The notes below the pieces were generated by a model. That model made no database searches. It worked only from the letters and a program-made list of their open reading frames with translations, and was not told the DNA's origin. This document shows, piece by piece, positions 24,992-35,700 of a stretch of 54,463 bases of DNA. Position 1 is the stretch's first letter. Each line of letters opens with the position of its first letter. The position numbers and the translations under genes are program-made. Source of the DNA: a virus; the IMG/VR virus record IMGVR_UViG_3300037419_001463, positions 1 through 54,463 of that record; one strand, given 5' to 3'.

Positions 24992-25357
24992 ATAGTCACC
25001 TGACGTGAGGGTGACTACGTTCGACTACATCGTAGTCACCAGGTCCGACAGTGGCATCTGCCCAGGTCAGAGCGGGTGTAGCGGTAAAGACGACCGCCCG
25101 AATGGTTGTCGATCACAACCATGTAGTCACCCTGTAGTCACCCCCCAGGTGACTACATGTTTCCGCAGGTCAGAGGCGGTTTTCCGGTGATGTAGTCACC
25201 TAGTCACCCCCAAGAATTGGGACGAAGGGTCAAGAAGAGTTACGAAGTTCAGGGTGACTACGTGACTACAACGGGAAAAAAGGGCCTCTGACCTGGGCAA
25301 ACATGTAGTCACCCCGGGGGTGACTACGGGGGTGACTACCGGCCCGAGGGTGACTAC
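24992..25357. repeat. array of about 15 copies of GTAGTCACC / GGTGACTAC, including two inverted ~55-bp composite elements
   Basis: Forward copies start at 24992 (variant), 25032, 25123, 25134, 25192, 25201 and 25305. Reverse copies start at 25010, 25148, 25253, 25262, 25319, 25331 and 25349. Composite units lie at 25123..25177 (+) and 25284..25339 (-). Confidence 0.9.
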
Positions 25358-25547
25358 ACCCGCGTGGTCGGGAGGATGGACTCCTCCCGGCGACACCCAC
25401 TCCCCTGTCACTCGAGACCCCGTGACCAATGAGACGGTGTCTCTCGTGACCGCCACCGACAACTGGCAGTTGTCAGAAGATGAGCTCTCCCGGCCGCGCA
25501 GGCCTCGACCGGGTCGGAGGCCCAGGCGCTACCGGGAAAGCGACGAG

Positions 25548-25802
25548 ATGGCCGGCATGGTGCGCCGCGTGACCAGAGCCATGGTCAGGCGCGCAGCAGC
25601 CGGAGATCTCCATGCACTCACAGCTCTGAGGCAGATGCGTGAGTACGTGGACCAGGCGACGAGGGCTGCAGCTCAAGAGCTGCACGACCCCATCGAGTGG
25701 TCGGGTGGTTACAGCTGGACGGTGATAGCCCAGGAGCTGGGCATCAGCCGGCAAGCGGCACGCCAGCAGTTCGGACTCACCAAGTCTGACGAGTCAGACT
25801 GA
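25548..25802 (+). CDS. helix-turn-helix DNA-binding protein (84 aa; start may lie further upstream)
   Basis: HTH SWTVIAQELGISRQAARQQFG. ATG 25548 lies 8 nt after GGAAAG. The N-terminal part of track ORF 25320.. is a translation of the GTGACTAC repeats (VTT...) and is not credible as coding. Confidence 0.55.
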   Translation: MAGMVRRVTRAMVRRAAAGDLHALTALRQMREYVDQATRAAAQELHDPIEWSGGYSWTVIAQELGISRQAARQQFGLTKSDESD

Positions 25803-25988
25803 TCACCGCGCTACCGCTTGGACAGCCGAGTCATAGAATCCGGCAACTCCAAAAGAAACTGCATGCGTACGCACACCTTGTCGTATGACGATCGGCCGCT
25901 CAGTATCCTGAGCGCAAGCGTCACGCGACTAGGCGAACGTGTTCATGCCAGCTGTTGTGTCAGCGTCATCACTGCGTGCACATGCACT

Positions 25989-26024
25989 AAAAAAGAGTTG
26001 CCTCCCGGCTGTTAACCGAGAGGC
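25989..26024 (-). terminator. rho-independent terminator of the orphan minus-strand gene
   Basis: Stem GCCTCCCGG/CCGAGAGGC (1 mismatch) at 26000..26024. A6 at 25989..25994 on the plus strand gives a U-tract in minus sense. Confidence 0.65.
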
Positions 26025-26030
26025 ATCTCC

Positions 26031-26273
26031 TCACGCTGCGGCGTACTTGTTCAGCATCCGGCGGTAGGCCTCGACCACGACTCCGTCGTTGTCGTTGTCC
26101 TTCGCCTTGGCGATGAGCTGCTCGAGCAGCTGCATCGTCTTGATGCGTTCCTGGTCCAGGTCCAGGTCCGCTCGTGCCACCTGCTGGTTGGCGTACTGCT
26201 TCACGACGCCGTTCATCGGGTCAAGCCCTGCGATCATGCTCTGCGTGATTGCGTCAGCAAACGGAGATGCCAT
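26031..26273 (-). CDS. hypothetical helical protein (80 aa), orphan minus-strand gene inside the plus arm
   Basis: Internal ATG 26273 lies 7 nt after GGAAGGA. Has its own terminator. The upstream part of the 162-aa track ORF runs through AT-rich non-coding DNA. Confidence 0.6.
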   Translation of the reverse strand: MASPFADAITQSMIAGLDPMNGVVKQYANQQVARADLDLDQERIKTMQLLEQLIAKAKDNDNDGVVVEAYRRMLNKYAAA

Positions 26274-26280
26274 TGGTGCG

Positions 26281-26470
26281 TCCTTCCATAGATGGGAATT
26301 CCAAAAAGTCAATCGAAACAAACGAAACAGGTTTCTAATTTGCATAGATGGTAATTGGATACCTAATACCATATATACATATATAGGGGGTATAGATTGT
26401 TTTGTTTGTTTCTTTTGTATATGTTCCAACCTCACTGAAAAGTTTTCTACATTCGTGACATCCGAAGCAT
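26281..26470. promoter_or_regulatory. AT-rich island with direct and inverted repeats (divergent promoter region and/or replication origin candidate)
   Basis: Sharp compositional drop relative to the flanks. CATAGATGG[G/T]AATT at 26287 and 26343, with ATAGATTG at 26392. GAAACAAACGAAACA (26315) is inverted against TGTTTTGTTTGTTTC (26398). An (AT)n tract lies at 26371..26385. Confidence 0.6.
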
Positions 26471-26752
26471 TCGATGCACGAGGTGGCCGGGTTCGGCCCC
26501 GACTTCGCCCTCGTGACACCCGCTACGGGCTGACTCCCCCGCTCCCCCGGTCTCCGGCGGTCTCCCGCCGCCACAGCCTCCTCGCTGGGTCGTAGGTCGG
26601 CGCAGGGCTCGAAGGCCGTCAGGGCCCGATTCCCGACAATCGCCAGTTGTCAGCCGGGCTAGGTAGAGGCCCGATCTACACCTACCCTTGCTGTTCAGCA
26701 GCCCCGATCGGCGGCCGCGCCTCATACGGTCACTCGATCAGGAGGCGGCGGC

Positions 26753-29700
26753 GTGCCGGAGAAGGACCAGCTCGGTCAGTCGAACCTCGGGCAGCTCGCC
26801 CAGCAGCAGAACCAGCCGGCTGCGCCCGAAGGTCTGCACCAGGCGGCAGGGGCCGCCGAGGGCGTGGTCCGTGGCAACCCGGCCCTGGCACAGTCGAGGC
26901 TCGGGCAGCTCGCCGCCGACGAGGGATATCTCCCGGTCGCGCAGTCCTGGTACACCGGCGCCAACCAGGAGGGGATCCGCAACGGCTGGGACACCGACTT
27001 CTGGAACCGGGCCATGGAGCAGAACACCCGGCTCGGCGAAGAGGGTCTGCTGCACTACCAGTTCGAGCAGCCCGACGCCACCGGCGTGGTGACCTGGGAC
27101 CACGACTCGGCCGACGGCCGGCACACCTACCACTTCGGCGACGTGTACGACAACGGCGTCAAGCAGGGCAACGTCTTCGACCAGTTCGACGAGGACACGG
27201 CCAACCTGATGATGGCCGACATCCTGTTCCCGAAGGAGGACAAGGCCCGGCTGTTCGAGCAGGTCGAGGTCGACCCCCAGACCGGGAAGATCACCGACAC
27301 CTCCGCGCTGGCCGCGGCCGTCCAGGCCAAGCGGCAGCAGAACAACACCGACATCCCGAAGGCCGCGGAGGCCGCCGACTTCAACGCCGACGTCGCGGCC
27401 CGGGCCGAGGACTTCCGCGAGGGCCACGTCGACGAGGCGATCACCGCCGGGGGAGCGGCCGGTGGTGCCGCGCTCGGTGCGGGCATCGGTACCTTCGTCG
27501 CACCCGGTATCGGTACCGCGATCGGTGCCGGCGTCGGTGCCGCGATCGGTGGGCTCGGCGCCCACCTGAACGAGGACGCGCTGGTCGAGCAGGCCGCCCG
27601 TGCCTACGAGATCACCGCGATGAGCGACCGGGAGAACGGCACCGGTGCCGCGATCGCCACCGGGCTGCAGCAGTGGGCCGGGTTCGGCGGGAAGCTGATC
27701 TCCCCGCTGTCGAACACCGTGCAGGGCATCGACGACGCCGCCCAGGGCAAGATCGGCGACGGGGTCTCCGAGTTCTACCGGCTCGACGAGCAGGGCCACT
27801 CGGTGGTCCCGAAGTGGGTGAAGGTCGCCGACGTCGGGGCCAGCATCGGCGACGCCGCGCTGCAGTTCGCTACCCCGATCGGCCGTGGTCTCTACACCGC
27901 CCAGATGTCCGGGGTCATCACCGGCGAGGTGGGCGAGCTCGCGCTGACCGGCGGCAAGTCCTTCGACTACACCCGCGGCGGCTTCGACTCGATCTTCACC
28001 GACGATGAGGGCAACTTCTCCCCGACCCAGGCGCTGGCCGGGATCGGCAAGGTCACCATCGACGCGGTCCAGCTGGGCATGGCCCGGGGCCTGATGAGCA
28101 AGGGCCAGTACGCGCTGGCCGCGGTGGGGGAGAAGCAGGTCGGGGGAGCGGGCACGGGGCTGCTCTCCAGGTTCACCCGACGGATCTCCGGCGGCACCGC
28201 CAAGGAGAACACCGCCGAGCTGGCCGGCTTCCGGTTCACCCTGAACGAGGCAGGCGAGGCCACCGGCCGCCGGGCCACGCTGTCGCTGCTGGCCCCGTCC
28301 GAGTCGCTGCAGGCGCTGAGCGCCCGGGTGCTGGCGATGCGCACCTCGGCCAAGAAGGCCGGCGCCCTGTCGGCCGACGACTTCTACAAGGCGGCCAAGC
28401 AGCTCTCCGCCGGCGAGAAGCGGTGGACCACCGCGCTGGTCACCGGCATGGGGGAGGGCTACGAGGAAGCGGTCCAGGCCGTGCTCGACCCGTACTCCCA
28501 CGACGCCGCGATCTCGATGGGCGACATCGGCAACAGCGCGCTGTACGGCTTCGCCGGCGGTGTCGGCATGGGCGCCGGTGTCGGGATCCGGATGCCGAGC
28601 TCGGCCGACAAGCTCTACGCGATGGCCGCCACCGGCCACCGGCTGCTGACCGGGGGAGAGGAGCTCACCCGCTCGGAGTTCGACCGGCTCCCGGAGGTCG
28701 AGCAGCGGGCCCGGGCCTCCCTGTCCGGGATGGCTAAGGCCACCGCCGACGCGGCCTACACCAAGTTCGTGGAGGACCAGAGCGCCACCCGGACCAAGTC
28801 GGTGGCCGCCATCCACAAGCTGGCCGACGCGATCCAGACCCAGCTCACCTCGAGCCTGGCCACCGCGAACCCGCGGCTCAACGGCGCGTTCGTGATCTCC
28901 CAGCTCGAGGACGCCGGCCGGGTCGACGCCGACGGCAACCTGCTGCCCGGCTACATCCCGGCCGACGGTGTCGGGGCCTCCGCGTTCCAGACCGTGGCGA
29001 ACATGGTCAACCACATGCGCGGGGTCTCGGTCCAGCTCGAGCAGCTGCGGCGGGACCTGGAGCTGGCGACCGAGGCGGCTGCGGCCGACCCGAACAACGT
29101 CGAGCTCACCAACGAGGCGGTCCGGCTGCAGGGCCAGGTCGCGTTCACCGAGTCGGTGCTCGAGCTCGGCCGCAAGCTCAACGAGGACCTCGAGGCCCGG
29201 ATCCACCGGATGTACTTCGACCCGGTCACCGGCGTCCAGCCGAGCCCGGCCGACATCGAGGCCGAGGCCGAGTCGATCAACGCGGTGCTCCGCGACCTGT
29301 TCCACCAGCGCCTCGACCTCGCCCCGGACGGCCAGCCGCTGACCGACCAGGAGAAGCTGGCGCTGGCCCACGCGGTCGGGATGGTCTTCACCCGGGACCC
29401 GCAAGATCAGGCCGGCTCCTACCAGCTGCTGGTCCCGCAGATCAGCGCCAAGCTGACCGCGGCGAACTCCAACGACTTCCTCCAGATCAGCGCGAGCATC
29501 CGGCCGGCGCTGACCGCCGACCACGACGGCGACAAGATCCGCCCGCTCAACGAGCTGATCCTCGACGACCAGGCCTACACCGCCGCCCGGTCCGGTGCGT
29601 TCTTCCTGGGCGCCGGCACCAGCGTCAACGTCGGCACCCCGAAGTACGAGAAGTGGATCCTGGAGTACCTGGGCCAGGCGGCCGGCGGCGCCAACCAGGC

Positions 29701-32700
29701 GCTGGCCAACTTCGCCGAGGGCACCATCCTCTCGATCAGCGACGCGATCCGCCGCCGCTACGACGGGGTCATCGACACCGCCGTGCTCGACAAGGTGCTC
29801 GACCCGTTCGTCGACGCGGCCAAGGCCGGCTCGGACAACGCCCGCGAGATCCTGCTGGATGGTCTCGCGCGTGAGGCCGGCGGCCAGATCACCGAGTTCT
29901 CCCGTGGTCACCTGTCCAACGAGTGGCTCTGGCTGGACCAGCTGATCCGGGCCAGCCTGGACGCCTTCCAGGAGGGCTTCGCCGCGCACAGCCCGGACAT
30001 CGGCCCGGTCCCGAACACCGACGTCGTGCTGCCGAACAAGCAGTCGGTCGACGTGCAGGACCGCAAGGCCGACCGGGCCGCAGTCACCGGCGCCACGGTC
30101 GGGCTGCTGCTCACCGGCGACGCGCCGTTCCGGCAGTCCCAGAAGCTGCACTACTCCGCGCTGGTCGCCGCGGTGGTCTCGGCCGAGGAGGCCGGCTCCC
30201 GCGAGCAGCTGTTCGCGCTAGCCCAGCTCTACGAGGCGCTCGGCCAGGGGCTGGCCACCACCGAGCTCGACGCCGTGCGCGCCAAGGACGACATCACCGC
30301 CAGGGTCTACGCCAGGCTCGACCGAATCGCACGAGACGCAGTAGAGCTGGATCCGGGTCTGAACCGGCATGAGGCCCTGGCGGTGGTGGCGAACCTGCGG
30401 GTGGCTGACATCGACGTCGCCACCGACGGCACCATCACCCCGAACGGCCGGGAGATCTCCCTGGCCCAGCTGCTGCTGCGCCAGTCGCTGGCCCAGTGGC
30501 GCCGCGAGGTCGACGAGGTCTTCGACGCCAGCCCGGAGATGCAGTCGAAGTACCACCGGATCAAGTCGATGACCAACGCCGACGGCCAGGGCCGCAAGGG
30601 TAGCCGGGTCAACGCCAGCCGCGCGTTCATCGAGGTGATCGGCGCCCAGCAGCTGTTCACCCTGCTCGGCGACGACGCCCTGGTCTTCGGCCCGCACCTG
30701 ACCGTCGAGCAGTTCCTGCGCTCCTACGTGGCCATGGACGAGCACGGCCGGCGGGCCACCGACCGCAAGCTGAAGGGGGAGGCCGCCTACCTCGAGGGCG
30801 ACCGGACCCAGCACCACAACCCGCCGTACGACCTGGACGAGGTCACCAACGGGGAGATCTCCGGGTTCCGTGCCGTGGTCGACGCGATCCTGGCGGTCGG
30901 CCACAACCGCATCACTATCGACGAGTCGGCCACCTCCGACAAGGACGTGTCCAAGCCGCACCTGCACGGCGAGCTGGCCGAGCGCAGCTACACCACCGGC
31001 GACCAGCTGCGTGACGCGGTCGCCCGGATCCAGCAGGCGATGCGGGAGTTCACCGGGCTGACCGGCCGCAAGGACGGCGAGCTGACCACCGAGATGGTCG
31101 AGCGGCTGTTCAAGGACAACCCCGACTTCGAGCGGCTGGCGCTGAACCTGATCCCCACCGCCAGCGCCAACGCGGTGATCTTCCGCCGCGAGGACGGCAC
31201 CGTCGACCTGGCGAACTGGTTCTACAAGACCTTCACCCTGGACCCGGCCGAGGCCGAGGTGCACGTGTGGCGCAACGTGCTGTTCGCGCAGCTGCGGGCC
31301 GCCGGCGTGAACTTCAACGAGGAGGAGGTCAACGAGGGCGACGCCGGCCGGAAGATGGCCAAGCTCGACCGGCGTACGCACCGGCTGATCCAGCGCCTGG
31401 CGCTCACCCCGGACGGCGGGCTGCTGCTGCGGCAGCTCTTCGACCAGATCGAGTCCGCCAAGTCCATGGAAGGGCTGATGCGCTGGATCAACACCACGCC
31501 CGGCATCCGGGGCGAGCAGGCACCGCTGACCGCCTGGGTCGACGACGTCGCCGACTTCGACGCCGACAAGGCCGAGGGCGGCTGGACCAAGAAGCTGTCC
31601 GGCTCCGAGCTGCGCGAGGCGATCTCCGCCCTGCAGCGCGGCGCCCAGAACCTGGTCGACGACCTGGTCGAGGAGCGGGCCGCGTTCAAGCGCGACACCC
31701 GGGTGATCAACGCGATCGAGAAGGATCTGAAGAACGGCGGCGGCAAGACGCTGTCCCTGCTCGAGACCGCGATCGACGAGGCCGCCGAGCGCGTGGTCGG
31801 GCTGGGCCCGTCGGCGATGATCTACCAGACCGTGGCCGCGGCCCGGGGCTTCTACCCGCAGGCGCACACCAAGGGCAAGAACCCCGACTACCTGGACCCG
31901 GCGGCCGCCCTCGAGGCACACCGGGACGCCTTCGGCTACGTCACCAACTTCGAGCGGGTGATGGCCGCGCTGACCAGCGTCAACCTGGACGCGGTTTCCG
32001 GCAACATGTCCGAGCTGGCCAAGGACAACCTGCGCACCATGGACGACTTCGGCCGGCCGGTGGAGTGGCAGAAGCCCACCGCCGAGCAGTGGCTGGAGCT
32101 GTTCAAGAACCCCGACACCCGGCCGATGGCCCGGGCGATCCTGTTCCCGCAGGCGATGGAGCGCGACTTCGACGGCCAGACCCGGCCCAAGCTGCTGGTC
32201 GGCAAGGACCTGAAGGCGCTGCTCGAGGGCACCAGCCACAAGGACCTGTTCCCCAAGCACGGCCGACTGGACCGGGACCCGGCGCTGAAGTACGTGGCCG
32301 CGCTGGAGGCCGAGGCCCGCAAGCACGGCGGCCACTTCTCGGTGCAGCGGCTGGCCAACGACATCGTCATCGCCCGCACCTCAGCGGCCGACCACGTGCT
32401 GTCGACGGCCGAGCTGGAGAAGATGACGGTCGAGGCGTACCGCCAGATCGCCGAGCTCTTCCAGGCCACCGCCTCGATCGCCGCGGCCGCGCACACCCCG
32501 GGCACCGACCCGCTGGCCGAGATGCGCACCAAGGTCCGGCAGGCCCAGCGCACGGCCGCCGTCGCCCGCCGGGTCGGGATGGCCGGCACCGCGGCCGACG
32601 CCGAGCTCGGGAAGCAGACCTTCGAGATCCTGGTCCGTGACCGGGAGGCCGAGCTCGAGGCCGAGCGCCGGCTGCTGCTGGACGCCTCCGCGGCCGCCGA

Positions 32701-35700
32701 CGACCCGGTCGAGGCAGCCCGCCTGGCGCAGGCCGCCGAGGACGCGCTGGCCGACCTGGACCGGTTCAAGACCCGGCTCGAGCTGCTGCTCGACGAGGAC
32801 ATGACCGGCCGCGTGGTCGCCATGTTCAGCCTGCCCGCCGACCAGGCCGCGGCCGCCCCGGTCAAGGACGCGCTGGTCGACTACGTGCTGACCCACCTGT
32901 CGATCATGGAGCGGTCGTCCTCGAGCATGCTGCTGCTCGACAAGGTCACCCGGCAGCTGCAGGACTCCGGCCGGGCCGGTCAGCTCGACCTGAGCGCAGG
33001 GGAGTGGGACCAGCTCTCGCGCGTGGTGATCGCCGACTACATCTCGGCGCTGACCGCCACCACCGCTGCCGGTGTCTCGGTGGCGCCGTTCCCGGACGCC
33101 GACCACACCGAGGACCAGCGGTACTACGACACCACGTTCTCCTACCTGGTCGACCCGTTCTTCGACGAGAACCACCCGCTGATGAAGGCGGCCAAGCACC
33201 TGCACGGGCTGGCCGGCCGGCTCGGGATGCCGCCGGCGGACGAGACCGACGTGACCCGGTTGCTCGACCGGGGGATCCTCGGCGAGTACAACCTCGGCCA
33301 GTGGACCGCCGAGATCCCGCGGCTGAGCGTCGAGGCGAACCAGCGGCTGGACTCCTCGGCCGCCGAGGTCGCCATCGCCATGAACGGCAACGCGCCGAAG
33401 ACCCAGGCCGTGGTCTCGGCCGCCACCCGCCGCACGTTCAAGGTGCCGGGCCCCGAGCTGCTCTCGGCCGCGAGGCTGAACTGGGACCAGCTGAACCGCA
33501 CCGCCTTCGACGAGGTCGAGCTCACCATGCCCGGCGGCGCCACGGCGCTGCGGCCGCTGGCCCAGCTCAACAACCGGTTCGCCCGGTCGGTGGTGCTCAA
33601 CTACGTCGACGGCGCCGGTCAGGCGCAGCAGGTCGACCTGCTCGCCGGGGCTCCGAACCTGGGCCGGGTGTGGCCCGGTGACGAGGTTCCGGCCAACACC
33701 GGCTACCAGCTGATCCACCTGGACCGGGTCCGGCAGGCGGTCGAGGACTTCACCCGGAACCTCCAGGTCGACCCGCACGGCCCCGGTGTCTCGGTGGCCA
33801 TCGAGTTCTTCCACCCCGACAGCCAGCCAGCCGAGCCGGAGTGGATGAACAACCTGTTCTTCGAGGGCACCAGCTTCCGGCTGGACGCCGACCACCACGA
33901 GTCGCTCAACGCCACCCTGTGGTTCGCGTTCTCCTCGATCAGCCAGACCGGGCAGCGCAACGCCCTGGACGCCAGCAAGCTCGGCATGCCGGCCATGAAG
34001 GTGGTGCCCACCCCGACGGCCGCCGACCTGGCCACCATCGAGTCGACCTGGCCGGTGGACTTCTCCGCGATGCTGCGCGCCAAGACCCAGGTGATGCTCA
34101 CCTCCGACCTGGGCTTCGGCAAGCTCGAGGAGGAGCCGGGCAGCGAGTTCTACAACGCGGTCTACAAGAACCTCAAGCTGCGCCACTTCGTCCGCACCGC
34201 CGACGCGCTGCTCACCGCCGAGCAAGTGATTGCCATGCAGGCCCGTGGGGAAACCCTGCCGGAAGAGGCTTCACTCTGGGTCCCGTCCGACGACGTGCTC
34301 CGCTCGATGCTGGGGGAGCAGGGCACCCAGGGCGTGGCCCGGCTCTTCGACGACCAGCTCGAGGTCGACCTGGCCAAGGTGCCGACCTACCGCGGCGTCA
34401 CCGAGACGATGCGGCAGCGGTTCGCCGAGGGCATGACCGGGCAGAAGGCCGAGCTCGCCTCGACCTCGGTGGCGCACCGGGCCCGGCAGCAGCTGCTCGA
34501 GATCCGGCCCTACCTCGACGACGCCGCCCGCCACGCCTACGACGCCAAGATGCGGTTCTTCGCAGACGAGCGCCGCGACGCCTACGCCGAGCGGGCCGCC
34601 TGGTCCGGCCGCACCGGCCAGGGTGGCTTCGACCCGAAGGCCAACCTGGGCCGGGCGCTGCAGCGTGCCGACGGGATGCTCCGGGCCGAGAACATCGCCT
34701 TCGACTGGTCCGAGGCCGGGATCACCTTCATCGGCCCCCGGGTCTCCGCCGACTCCGACCTGGGCCGGATGCTGCTGCAGGAGCTGAACGCCGCGCTGCA
34801 GAACGACGGCTACCGCACCGGCTGGATCTACCGGGAGGGCAGCGAGGCCAACGAGCCGCAGGGCATCCTCTCCGAGGTCAGCCTGTCCGGCCAGAAGCGC
34901 GCGCTGCGCGTGGCGCCGGGCGACCTGGTCGTGGTCGAGCTCGACAGCTTCGGCGGTGACGACGTGCTGGCCCGGAAGCGGCTGGACTACCTGGTCGACC
35001 ACGGCGCCACCGTGGTGCTGGGCGAGGACGAAGGCGGCAACAACCTCCGGGTCGAGATGGCGAACTACCTGGAGTCCCGCGCCTACGAGCGGTACGCCGG
35101 CTCCGGCTTCGTCTACCGCCCGGTGGAGACCAACACCCGCTACCAGAACCAGCGGGCCCGGGTGTCCACGCTGCTGGAGACCCGCGGCGTGAGCTCCCGC
35201 TCGCACGTGGCCGCGCTGCTGCTGCCGGACCAGGCGATCGAGGAGAACGCCGCCTGGGTCAACGGCGACAACCCGCGGCTCGGTGGGATCGCCACCACCC
35301 TCAACCTGGTGCCCACCGACTTCCTGGCCGGGTTCAACGTCCCGGTCGAGGGCTTCGCCAACCGCAGCCAGATCGAGGACGTGCGCCAGCAGCTGCGCAG
35401 CCTGGACAACCCCGAGGGCCGCGACCTGCTCCGCAAGCTGGCGGGGGAGTCCGGCATCGAGCTGGACCAGGCGCTGACCCGGATGTTCGACCGGTTCGAC
35501 TCCACCGACGGTGCGGTGCTGCCGGCCGCCGGCCAGGAGTTCGGCACCGGCGACCTGATCCCGCTGGTCGACTCCTTCGGCCGGATCCTGCTCTACCGCC
35601 ACGGCTACAAGGCGCCGACCCGCGAGCAGCTCGAGCGGCAGTTCGAGCAGTCCGAGGGCAAGAACGTCGCGGTCTTCTCCGCCGAGCCGCAGCCCGCGGC

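Noticed and set aside
24992-25357. The GTAGTCACC arrays (here and at 53393..53636) as CRISPR arrays or a MITE-like mobile element.
   Set aside because: The repeat unit is only 8-9 bp, occurs in both orientations with irregular 0-60 bp spacing, and has no spacer structure, no cas genes and no target-site duplications.
25320-25547. The N-terminal part of ORF 25320..25802 (MTTGVTTGPRVTT...), and ORF 25196..25462 on the minus strand.
   Set aside because: The peptide is simply the translation of GTGACTAC repeats (V-T-T). Only the C-terminal HTH-containing part, from about 25548 or possibly GTG 25437, looks like a real gene.
24699-25802. The RHH and HTH regulator pair as evidence of a temperate lifestyle.
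   Set aside because: No integrase, excisionase, partition or CI-like repressor gene was recognised. The regulators may just control early/late timing.
24443-26030. tRNA genes in the lower-GC non-coding stretches (24443..24698, 25803..25990).
   Set aside because: No T-loop (GTTCRANYC) or cloverleaf-compatible arms were seen on either strand. This was not checked with a dedicated tool.
26089-26595. ORFs 26089..26595 (+), 26335..26574 (-) and 26447..26725 (-) across the AT-rich island.
   Set aside because: They span a non-coding AT-rich region or are Arg-rich shadows, with no start context. The region is better explained as regulatory or an origin.
32039-32059. MDDFGRP in the giant ORF, which resembles the T7-type single-subunit RNAP DxxGR motif (MDWRGRV).
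   Set aside because: No downstream palm motifs are visible: no motif A (D-x-S-x-S-G), motif B (R..K......YG) or motif C (HDS). It is likely coincidental.
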